A stretch of DNA of 34,020 nt from assembly GCA_034669905.1 (NCBI GenBank), contig JAXMOL010000070.1, positions 1-34,020 of the forward strand, given 5' to 3'. Below are positions 8,479 through 15,893 of the stretch, one piece after another (position 1 is the stretch's first letter; every line of letters starts with the position of its first letter). The notes below the pieces were generated by a model. It had not been told where the DNA came from and did not search any database. It saw only the letters and a program-made list of their open reading frames with translations. The position numbers were made by a program, and so were the translations under genes. The stretch comes from Candidatus Hydrogenedentota bacterium (lineage in GTDB: Bacteria > Hydrogenedentota > Hydrogenedentia > Hydrogenedentales > JAEUWI01).

Positions 8479-8506
8479 ATAGAACATAATATATATTATC
8501 AGACGC
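8479..8506 (-). other. dif-like XerCD recombination site (28 bp)
   Basis: Minus strand GCGTCTGATAA-TATATA-TTATGTTCTAT has the 11-6-11 layout and ATAA-N6-TTATGTT core of E. coli dif (GGTGCGCATAA-TGTATA-TTATGTTAAAT). Confidence 0.7.
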
Positions 8507-9484
8507 TGCGGGGGTGTGTGGATTGCGGTAAATATCCCCGTTTGTGGGGTTGTCCTATGGCTTCATGAGGGTTCGGCGCTTAGGATGGGTTCTGGGCGTT
8601 TCACCATTCTTACGGACGTCACAAGTGCGCCCCCGGTGTGTGTCGTATTTCTTCCAAGGCTGCCAATGGTACTGCGCCAGGCGCATGCTTGTGGAGACCT
8701 CGGGACGGTGGTTGCGCTACGGGTGGCTGGCTTCCGTCCGGTGGTGGTCTTTCTGAATACTCCACATTTGAGGCTCCTAGCAGAATCCTTCCGCCATGTT
8801 GGATCAGGGGTGTGACCGAAATGGCCCGTGACGGGTAGTTGGTCCGGGGTGTAGTTCGCTTTCAAGAGGGGTACGGACCCGGTCATGGTCGCCTGGACTC
8901 CGGACGGCTTGGGGGGCAATCGGGCTGGTAGCCTTGGGCGTACGCCGGTCGTTTCGTCCATGCGTTTTAATTGGGGTCCCAAGACATGGGGGACCTCCTC
9001 CCCACCATCCATGGTTAGGGATACCTTCTGCTGCATGTCATTTTAGGTTATGGCTAAAAGTCTCGATGGTTCATCTTGCGCAGGTCTTCCGTGGGTCGTG
9101 TCGATAGTCCCAGGCAGTTGGCGCGGGTGTGGTCCTGATCGCCACAGACAGAGTTCACGCTTTTCGGGTGATGGACGGAGCAGCGCTGTTTCGAAACGAA
9201 ACGAATCTTACGGTGGCTCGGTGGTATCCTGGACAGCGGCGGACACTTTTCGACTGATTGGTTGGCCGGACGCCGGTCTTCGCCTTGGTCCGTCAGGCGG
9301 GTCTTGCCTTGGGAGCGCCGCGTATTCTTATCCTATGGCGGTTTTTTCTTGGTGTCCAAGGGGGCCTGTTCCGGTGGCTTTTGGGGTACGTAGCGACACG
9401 TTTCTACCGGTCAAATTTGAGGGACCCGAGGAGGGCAACGTGGGGTCCAATCAGGGGGGGATTGCCCGTCAGTTGGGGGTGGCC

Positions 9485-10375
9485 TCAGGGGTCTTCGTTG
9501 GGGGTGTGTTGGGGCTTCCGCTGGGCGGCCACCATGGCTTCCAGGGCAGCCCATCCCTGGCGTTGTTCCGGGGTCAGGGTGGCCTCTCCCCCAGTCTCTA
9601 ACCGGTGGTCCACGGCCCGAAGCCAGCGCCGGGTTTTCCGTGGCAGGGCCAGCTTTTCGTTCACCACCAAGCCGGTGACCCGCTGCTGCTGATGGGGTCG
9701 CAGGAGGCGGAGTTTCTTCTTCTGATGGACCTTGTAACCGCCCGCTTCGTAGACGATATCTTTCGTGAGGTGGATGACGGCGGCGTGGTCTTCCCGACGG
9801 TCTCCGGCGAAGGAAAAGGTCATGTCATCGGCATAGCGGGTGTAGACGCCGTGGCACGTGGTCGCCAATCCGGCGAGGCGGGCATCCATCCTGTAATTCA
9901 CCAGATTGCTGAGGATGGGGCTCGTGGGTGCGCCCTGGGGCAAGCCCCCTTCATGGGTGCAAAGTCGGGTCAGGAGTGCCGCGCTATCCCGGTTCCAGCC
10001 GATTTTTCGGAAGTACTTCGTGATGCGTTTGGCCCGGGTGTTGGGGAAAAAATCGCGGATATCCATGCGGACGACCACGGCCTTACCCACATGGACGGCC
10101 GCATTGCTGGCAATGGAGTAGCCGGGACGGAAGCCGGTGACACTGGGGTGAACGGGCAGGCGCTTGAGAAGTCGGCGGTGTAGTTGGCGCTGGATGGCCT
10201 TGAGGTCGTCGTTGGGTGCGGTAATGATACGCGTGCCGCCTGATCGTTTGCTAATCTCGAAGTCTTGGTACGTGCAGGGGGTGCTTTCCAGTACAGACAG
10301 CGACAAACCCACGCGTTCCGCCAGCTCTTCCGGCGTGCGTCCGGCGTTTCCGGTTATCCAGGACCAAAAGGCCAT
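9485..10375 (-). CDS. Retron-type reverse transcriptase (296 aa)
   Basis: KRSGGTRII.AP...LKAIQR, GF.PG.SI.SNAAVH (region X NAxxH), MDIRDFF, LPQGAPTSPILSN, YTRYADD and QRVTGLVVN (region Y VTG). Start at ATG 10375 with GGGAG RBS. The longer ORF-track start runs through the ncRNA. Confidence 0.92.
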   Translation of the reverse strand: MAFWSWITGNAGRTPEELAERVGLSLSVLESTPCTYQDFEISKRSGGTRIITAPNDDLKAIQRQLHRRLLKRLPVHPSVTGFRPGYSIASNAAVHVGKAVVVRMDIRDFFPNTRAKRITKYFRKIGWNRDSAALLTRLCTHEGGLPQGAPTSPILSNLVNYRMDARLAGLATTCHGVYTRYADDMTFSFAGDRREDHAAVIHLTKDIVYEAGGYKVHQKKKLRLLRPHQQQRVTGLVVNEKLALPRKTRRWLRAVDHRLETGGEATLTPEQRQGWAALEAMVAAQRKPQHTPNEDP

Positions 10376-10393
10376 TGTCGGGCTCCCTGCTGT

Positions 10394-10422
10394 AAAAACG
10401 GCGCCGACCTTCGCCGACGCCG
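10394..10422 (-). terminator. Terminator/attenuator-like hairpin between retron ncRNA and RT gene
   Basis: Minus strand CGGCGTCGGC-GAAG-GTCGGCGCCG (10 bp, two G-U pairs) followed by T5. Confidence 0.55.
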
Positions 10423-10423
10423 G

Positions 10424-10533
10424 ACCTGTCTTGCTAGTCGTGCGACGACTGCACCGACTCTCGCGTTGGGCATTGCTACCCGGTTGACGAAACATCAACC
10501 CATGCTCTGCATTGGAGCACCACCAAGACAAGT
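10424..10533 (-). ncRNA. Retron msr-msd non-coding RNA (~110 nt)
   Basis: Terminal inverted repeats ACTTGTCTTG (10533-10524) and CAAGACAGGT (10433-10424). Unpaired G10523 lies opposite G10434 (candidate branching G). Three msr hairpins (10520-10502, 10500-10482, 10481-10468 with GCAA loop) and an msd hairpin at 10450-10436. All non-Watson-Crick stem pairs are G-U only on the minus strand. Confidence 0.8.
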
Positions 10534-10539
10534 AAGGGC

Positions 10540-10568
10540 AGTATACGACGGAGGAAACGACGCGTCAA
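10540..10568 (-). promoter_or_regulatory. Sigma70 promoter of the retron
   Basis: TTGACG (10568-10563), 17 bp, TATACT (10545-10540). The predicted +1 A10533 is the first base of the ncRNA inverted repeat. Confidence 0.8.
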
Positions 10569-10747
10569 GGCGGTTTGTGGGGCTGGTGAGGTCGGATTTC
10601 CGGGACGGTATCGCGCCGCAGGGCTCGGTCTTAGCGGGAGAACGTGTCGGGACCACCCCGAACGCGCCATATCTTCCCTACCACCACAACGCGCGTTCCT
10701 GTCCCGACGGTAGAAGGCTGGGATGGCTCCCGTATCCGGCGCAAACT

Positions 10748-10996
10748 ATTGAATGGCGTGGATTTGTAGCTGGCGGAGAGTCTTGCCCCAAACACTGTCC
10801 CGCAGTAGCGGAACGGTATGCATTGCTACGGGGGACCGTAGCAACGAGCCAAACTACCCTATGGAGGCGGCGCCCCCCTTCTCAGAACCCACCGGGACAT
10901 GCAGCCGCGTTGGAGTGTGCCTTGGTGTAGTCGGTCGTAGTGGAATGCTCTTCGTGGCCTTTGTGCTGCGTGGGGCCCGTGCGGCAGAACGTCCCT
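10748..10996. repeat. ~249-bp direct repeat, copy 1 (contains a REP-like hairpin)
   Basis: Matches 11151-11398 with about 11 substitutions and 1 indel by manual alignment. Confidence 0.93.
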
Positions 10997-11014
10997 CTCA
11001 ACCAGTCCCCCCCG

Positions 11015-11113
11015 CTCGTTCCCAAGCTCTGCTTGGGAATGCAGTCTCCGTATCTCCATGGCAGGCCGTCCCTTTATATTAGGCTTGTGACGACGGTCCT
11101 CCGTCGTCACCCA
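11015..11113 (+). repeat. Two REP-like palindromes between the long repeats
   Basis: CTCG-TTCCCAAGC-TCT-GCTTGGGAA-TGCA (11015-11043) and CTTG-TGACGACGG-TCCT-CCGTCGTCA-CCCA (11084-11113). Confidence 0.7.
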
Positions 11114-11150
11114 TGCCTTGCCGCTCCGGCGGCAATCCGCCCTGGCGGAA

Positions 11151-11398
11151 ATTGAATAGTGTGGATTTGAAGCTGGCGGAGAGTCTTGCCCCAAACACTG
11201 TCCCGCAGTAGCGGAACGGTATGCATTGCTACGGGGGACCGTAGCAACGAGCCGAACTACCCTATGGAGGCGGCGCCCCCTTCTCAGAGCCCACCGGGAC
11301 ATGCAGCCGCGCTGGGGTGTGCCTTGGTGTAGTCGGTCGTAGTGGATTGCTCTACGTGGCCTTCATGCTGCGTGGGGCCCGTGCGGCAGAACGTCCCT
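11151..11398. repeat. ~248-bp direct repeat, copy 2
   Basis: See copy 1; offset 403/402 bp. Confidence 0.93.
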
Positions 11399-11418
11399 TC
11401 GCGCTCGCGCTCTCTCCC

Positions 11419-12723
11419 CTACTTCTCCCCCAGTCCCTTGATGTGGCTGATGACGCCTTCGGTAAAATCGGCTTCGGCCTGGTCGGTCATGACGGTTACG
11501 TTGGGCTCGTAGCCCCCCTCGGCGAAGGCGGCTTTGGTGGGCAGGTAGAGCAGGGAGCCGTTGGTGAGGCCAAAGTAGAGGGTGTTTTTGAAGGGCGAAG
11601 CGGCGCGGACGTTGAGGGCGATTTCGCTGAAGAGTTCGAGCGGTGCGGCCCAGATGACCGTGTCCTCGTTGATGGTGAGGCTGTAGGTCGACACGCGCAC
11701 CTGGTTCACCCCATCGACCACCGTGCTGTATTCGGAGAGGGTGTCCACCCAGCCGAGGCCTTCTTTGCGGGGTGTTTCGATAACGGCCTTACCTGTGGCG
11801 AGGGACACGTCGGCCGTGGTCTCGGTGATGGATTCGTTCAGGGCGAGGATGGGGTCGCCGAGGGTCTTCTCAAAACTCTTGATGCGGGGGTCGGTGATGT
11901 CGTTGCCCACCGTCGGAAAGGGGGCCACGTTGCCTTCGGCACCATTGACGAAAAGCACGGGCGTGCCCAGCTTCGCTTCCACATAGGCCGAAGCCCAGCC
12001 CGGCGCGTCGCCGCTGATCTGGGTATTGCCTCCGTGGAGGCAGGTGCCGTGGATGGCGTAGTTGGCGATGAGGCCAATGGGGGTGCCATCGGGACGTTCC
12101 AGGCGAATGAGCCCGAGTTGTTTGTCGGCGGGGCCATCGGGGTTCTCACCTAGGACAATGCGGCCATCGCGCAATTCCCGGCGGTTGATGTTGGCGTGGG
12201 CCTCGCCGATACCGATGCCCAGACGCGCGGGTTCCAGTTTGGATTGGGCTTCTTTGACACCCTCCACGAGGACGTCGGCCACCCAGGCCCAGTAGTCCGT
12301 ATCATGTTTGATGGAGAAGCGATCGCCCAGGGTGCTGCCGAAGAGGGTGCTGAGATCCTGGGGTCCCACATGGGGTGCGGAATGGGTGTGGGTAGTGGAC
12401 CACCAGATTTGCTCGGGTTTAATACCCGTCTCGGCTTCGAGGGTCTTGCAGAAGTCGTCGTAATACTTCAGCGAGATGGTGCAGATATCAGATGCAACAA
12501 GGTAGAAGGTGCTTTGGCCGTCATCGATTGCGGCGATACGGTGGTAGAGTTTATCGTGAACACCGGTCGATTGTCGGGGTGCATACCCGTGGAGCCACTG
12601 GGGCGTTTCGGGCGTGATGTCCACTTTGACACTGGCCGCACGCAATTCGGCGTGGGCAGGACCCGAAAGGATGAGCGTGGCAGCGAAGGCGACAAAAAGA
12701 ATAGCGGGAACACAAATTCGCAT
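11419..12723 (-). CDS. Secreted neutral/alkaline ceramidase N-terminal-domain-like hydrolase
   Basis: Signal peptide MRICVPAILF..AHA; KVDITP...L.GY..R.STGVHD.L, THTHSAP, NYAIHGT, ISGDAPG, GAEGNV and EGGYE. Start at ATG 12723; the ORF-track extension runs through a REP pair. Confidence 0.8.
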   Translation of the reverse strand: MRICVPAILFVAFAATLILSGPAHAELRAASVKVDITPETPQWLHGYAPRQSTGVHDKLYHRIAAIDDGQSTFYLVASDICTISLKYYDDFCKTLEAETGIKPEQIWWSTTHTHSAPHVGPQDLSTLFGSTLGDRFSIKHDTDYWAWVADVLVEGVKEAQSKLEPARLGIGIGEAHANINRRELRDGRIVLGENPDGPADKQLGLIRLERPDGTPIGLIANYAIHGTCLHGGNTQISGDAPGWASAYVEAKLGTPVLFVNGAEGNVAPFPTVGNDITDPRIKSFEKTLGDPILALNESITETTADVSLATGKAVIETPRKEGLGWVDTLSEYSTVVDGVNQVRVSTYSLTINEDTVIWAAPLELFSEIALNVRAASPFKNTLYFGLTNGSLLYLPTKAAFAEGGYEPNVTVMTDQAEADFTEGVISHIKGLGEK

Positions 12724-12765
12724 GGGGAACTCCACGTGTTGGATTCTGCTAACCCACCGGTCAAT

Positions 12766-12845
12766 TCCCCTCCCGGGAGGGGTCAGGGGTGGGTTTGCGA
12801 CGCTTCTCGTGACTCGACCCACCCCCAGCCCCTCCGAGGAGGGGA
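12766..12845. repeat. Inverted REP doublet (REPIN-like)
   Basis: TCCCCTCCCGGGAGGGGTCAGGGGTGGGT (12766-12794) faces ACCCACCCCCAGCCCCTCCGAGGAGGGGA (12817-12845). Each unit has its own CCCCTCC..GGAGGGG hairpin. Confidence 0.75.
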
Positions 12846-12970
12846 GTACTGTAGGATATCGGTCGAGAATCGCGTATTGGATTTAACCATACAACTGGGT
12901 GAATCAGAGTCGTAGTATACGTTTCATAGTGCCCGAATGTCCCATAGCACGCAGTGTGCCCAAGGCCCCC

Positions 12971-13900
12971 CTACCCCATCTTCATATCGCCGATGAGGTC
13001 GGTGATATTCGCGACGCCGTGACGTTCACAATAATCGTTCAGACCCTCGACAACTTTGATAGCCGCGTCGGGCTGGCGGAAGGAGCAGGAGCCCACGGAG
13101 ACGCCCGTCGCGCCGGCAAGAATAAACTGCATGGCGTCACTCGCGCTTCCGATGCCACCCATACCAATGATGGGAATCTTCAGGACCTTGGCGCAATCCC
13201 ACACCATCTTCAGCGCGACGGGACGAATGGCGGGGCCGCTCAGTCCGCCCACGATGTTGCTGAGGATGGGCTTACGGGTTTCGGGATTGATGCCGATACC
13301 CAGCAGGGTGTTGATGAGGGCGATGCCATCGGCGCCGGCTTCCTCGGCGGCCAGGGCGGGCTCTGCAATGTCGATGATATTGGGCGACAGCTTAATGAAA
13401 ACCGGCAACTTGGTGGCCGCTTTGATCGCTTGGGTGTAGAGTTGGACCTGTTCCGGAATCTGGGCCACCAGGGTGCAGCCCCGCGCCGTGCGGGCATCGT
13501 GGACGTTGGGGCACGAGAGGTTGGCTTCGATGGCATCGGCGGCGTCGGCTTCATCGAGGCGCCGTGCGAGCTCCGCGTAATCTTCGGGGCTCTTCCCGTA
13601 GATATTTCCAATGACGGTGCACTTCTTCTCGCGGAGAAAGGGGGCCTTCTCCCGGAGATAGGCTTCGATGCCGACGTTTTGCAGTCCGATGGCATTGAGC
13701 ATACCGGCCGGGGTTTCCACCAGGCGAGGGGGCTTGTTACCCGCGCGGGGTTCGAGCGAAAGGCTCTTGGTGGTAACCGCGCCGAGTTTCGAAATGTCGA
13801 AATAGCGATCATACTCTTGCCCGTAGGCGAAGGTGCCCGATCCGACGGTGACCGGGTTTTTCATTTTGAGACCACCGAGATTTATTTCAAGATTTGCCAT
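12971..13900 (-). CDS. pyrD: Dihydroorotate dehydrogenase (family 1B) catalytic subunit
   Basis: KNPV..SGTF, GN.PPRL.ETPAGMLNAIGLQN.G, NLSCPNV, KLSPN, INTL and GGLSGPAIRPVAL. Confidence 0.95.
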   Translation of the reverse strand: MANLEINLGGLKMKNPVTVGSGTFAYGQEYDRYFDISKLGAVTTKSLSLEPRAGNKPPRLVETPAGMLNAIGLQNVGIEAYLREKAPFLREKKCTVIGNIYGKSPEDYAELARRLDEADAADAIEANLSCPNVHDARTARGCTLVAQIPEQVQLYTQAIKAATKLPVFIKLSPNIIDIAEPALAAEEAGADGIALINTLLGIGINPETRKPILSNIVGGLSGPAIRPVALKMVWDCAKVLKIPIIGMGGIGSASDAMQFILAGATGVSVGSCSFRQPDAAIKVVEGLNDYCERHGVANITDLIGDMKMG

Positions 13901-14011
13901 GACGCTTGGGTGTTTCCAACAGGGTTATGTAAGGGGGGCAATGGGCCACCCGTTTTCTGAATTACGAAGACCTGGGTGCTGTAATAGAGCAGTTGTTCAG
14001 GTGTTGTGTGG

Positions 14012-14803
14012 TTAGTAGGTGCTCCAGTTAATGAGGGTGCTATCGAAGACGGGGCCGTCGTAACAAACACGGACCATCCGCTCTGCTTCGATTTCGACAT
14101 TGGCCTCCACGACACAGCCGAGACAGACACCATCGCCACAGGCCATTTCCGCTTCCAGGGAGGCCAGGCAGGAAATACCCAGGTCCTGGCACACGTCATG
14201 GGTGGCGCGCATCATGGGCATGGGGCCACAGCAGTAGGCCCGTGATTTCGGCCCGGGCTTGAGTTGTCGCAGCACTTCTGAAGCGAAGGCCTTGGTGCCG
14301 GCAGAGCCGTCGTCGGTGGCCAGGTGCACCTTACAGCCCATCTGGTGAAACTCTTCCTCGCAAAGGAGCATGGATTCGTTGCGGCCTGCGATGATGATCT
14401 CGGGCTTTACGCCGAGTTCTTCGATAATGGCCTCCGCCAGTGCGGGAAAGGGTGCGATGCCGATGCCCCCCGCCACGAGGATGTGTCGTTCGATACTACT
14501 ATCCAGCGGGAAGGGCTTTCCGAGGGGGCCCTGCACGCTCATAGTCTGCCCGGGAGAGAGCTTCGACATGAGTCGGGTGCCTTCCCCTTCCACCTTATAG
14601 AGGATGGAAATACTGTCTTTGAAAATGCGCTCGAAACACATGGGACGTCGCAGGAAGGGATACAAACCTTCCTGCACTTCCAACATGCAGAACTGGCCGG
14701 CCGTGGCCTCTCGCGCGATTTCGGGTGCGTGGAGCACCAAGCGGTAGTGGTCGGGCGCCACTTCCATATGGGCCTGAATTTCACAGGTCGAAACCTGGGG
14801 CAT
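14012..14803 (-). CDS. pyrK: Dihydroorotate dehydrogenase electron-transfer subunit
   Basis: LRRP, GPLG, AGGIGIAP, CGP.PMM and EMACG.GVCLGC..RVC.DGPVF; next to pyrD. Confidence 0.92.
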   Translation of the reverse strand: MPQVSTCEIQAHMEVAPDHYRLVLHAPEIAREATAGQFCMLEVQEGLYPFLRRPMCFERIFKDSISILYKVEGEGTRLMSKLSPGQTMSVQGPLGKPFPLDSSIERHILVAGGIGIAPFPALAEAIIEELGVKPEIIIAGRNESMLLCEEEFHQMGCKVHLATDDGSAGTKAFASEVLRQLKPGPKSRAYCCGPMPMMRATHDVCQDLGISCLASLEAEMACGDGVCLGCVVEANVEIEAERMVRVCYDGPVFDSTLINWSTY

Positions 14804-14805
14804 GA

Positions 14806-15888
14806 TTACCTCCGATCGTCTACAATAAGCTGGTTGCGCAGCAGGCTGAGGCTGACACGGACCCGTTCGGCGAGCACTTCGCCGACGCCATCTACATCAA
14901 CCAACTCATCCTTCGGTGCCCGGATAACCATTTGTAAGGTTCCAAAACGCTGCACGAGGTTTTCGATGATTTGGTTGGAAAGGCGGTGGGTGCTGGTGAG
15001 CACGCGGTAACCGCGGGGACTGAGATAGGTGTCGATGCTTCGCAGCTTGGGACCATAGCCGAGGGCCTGGCTGATACTGCCGAGGCTCAAGAGTTCTTTT
15101 TGTGAGATGTCGCTGATTTTCTCGGCGGCATGAGTATAACTGAAATTACTTTTCTCGCGGTAGTAGTCTTTGACGGTAAGTTGCGCCTCTTTCACCGGCA
15201 ACAGTAATTCCTGCATCTGCAGACCAATAAGACGGCCCTCGGTACCGAGTTCCAGAATATAGGGCTCAATTTCTTTGGCGATACGCAAGACCATTTCGGT
15301 TCGCTGAACGGCCTTGCATACATCGAAGATGGTCACGACATCCTGAAACTCACGGACGGTCAATTCGGTCATGGCCTGGTTGAGCACGGCCATGTATTTT
15401 TCGAGGGTCTGCACCGCCTGCACCGCCTTATTTACCAGGGTGGGTATGGTATCCAGCATGTGCCGCTTGTCGTGGGCATAGAGGGTCACACTGGAGCGGC
15501 GGGACGAGACGGCAATCACCATGCAGTTGGCCTGATCGGCCAGGCGTTGTGCGGTTCGGTGGCGGGTGCCGGTTTCGTCACTGTGCAATTTGGCGTTGGG
15601 TTTGAGGAAGCGGTTCGCCGCATGGATGCGCGTCCCGTCTTCGTTCAGAATGATGGCCCCATCCATCTTGGACAGTTCGTAAAGGATCTGTGGCGTGACC
15701 ACTTCATCCAGCATGACCCCACCTTCCGAGAGGGTCAGCAGCCGCTTGGGATTGCCAAAGCAAAGGAGTGCGCCGGTGCCACTTTGGATAATGGCGGAGA
15801 TCGCATTCCGGATGATTGTGCCCGGCGCCATCATCAGCAGGGCTTCGCGGAAGGCCTCTTCACTGGTTTTTTTCTTTTTTCTGGCCAC
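14806..15888 (-). CDS. disA: DNA integrity scanning diadenylate cyclase DisA
   Basis: APGT..R, ELSKMDGAIIL (DGA), ETGTRHRTA (RHR), ELGTEGRLI, SPRGYR and C-terminal HhH VDGVG; directly downstream of radA. Confidence 0.93.
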   Translation of the reverse strand: MARKKKKTSEEAFREALLMMAPGTIIRNAISAIIQSGTGALLCFGNPKRLLTLSEGGVMLDEVVTPQILYELSKMDGAIILNEDGTRIHAANRFLKPNAKLHSDETGTRHRTAQRLADQANCMVIAVSSRRSSVTLYAHDKRHMLDTIPTLVNKAVQAVQTLEKYMAVLNQAMTELTVREFQDVVTIFDVCKAVQRTEMVLRIAKEIEPYILELGTEGRLIGLQMQELLLPVKEAQLTVKDYYREKSNFSYTHAAEKISDISQKELLSLGSISQALGYGPKLRSIDTYLSPRGYRVLTSTHRLSNQIIENLVQRFGTLQMVIRAPKDELVDVDGVGEVLAERVRVSLSLLRNQLIVDDRR

Positions 15889-15893
15889 GTCTG

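Noticed and set aside
8563..9036. 157-aa ORF as retron effector
   Set aside because: No RBS or recognisable motif, Pro/Thr/Arg-rich composition typical of non-coding frames, and about 450 bp from the RT stop.
10376..10531. ORF-track N-terminal extension of the RT (348 aa)
   Set aside because: It runs through the structured ncRNA and starts at the predicted +1 region. ATG 10375 has a good RBS.
9485..11398. RT plus a nearby repeat pair as a diversity-generating retroelement (TR/VR)
   Set aside because: Differences between the copies are not confined to adenines of one copy on one strand, neither copy ends a credible target ORF, and the RT has retron motifs (NAxxH, VTG, QGAPTSP) rather than DGR ones.
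10748..11398. CRISPR array
   Set aside because: Only two long units, no regular short repeat-spacer period, and no cas genes.
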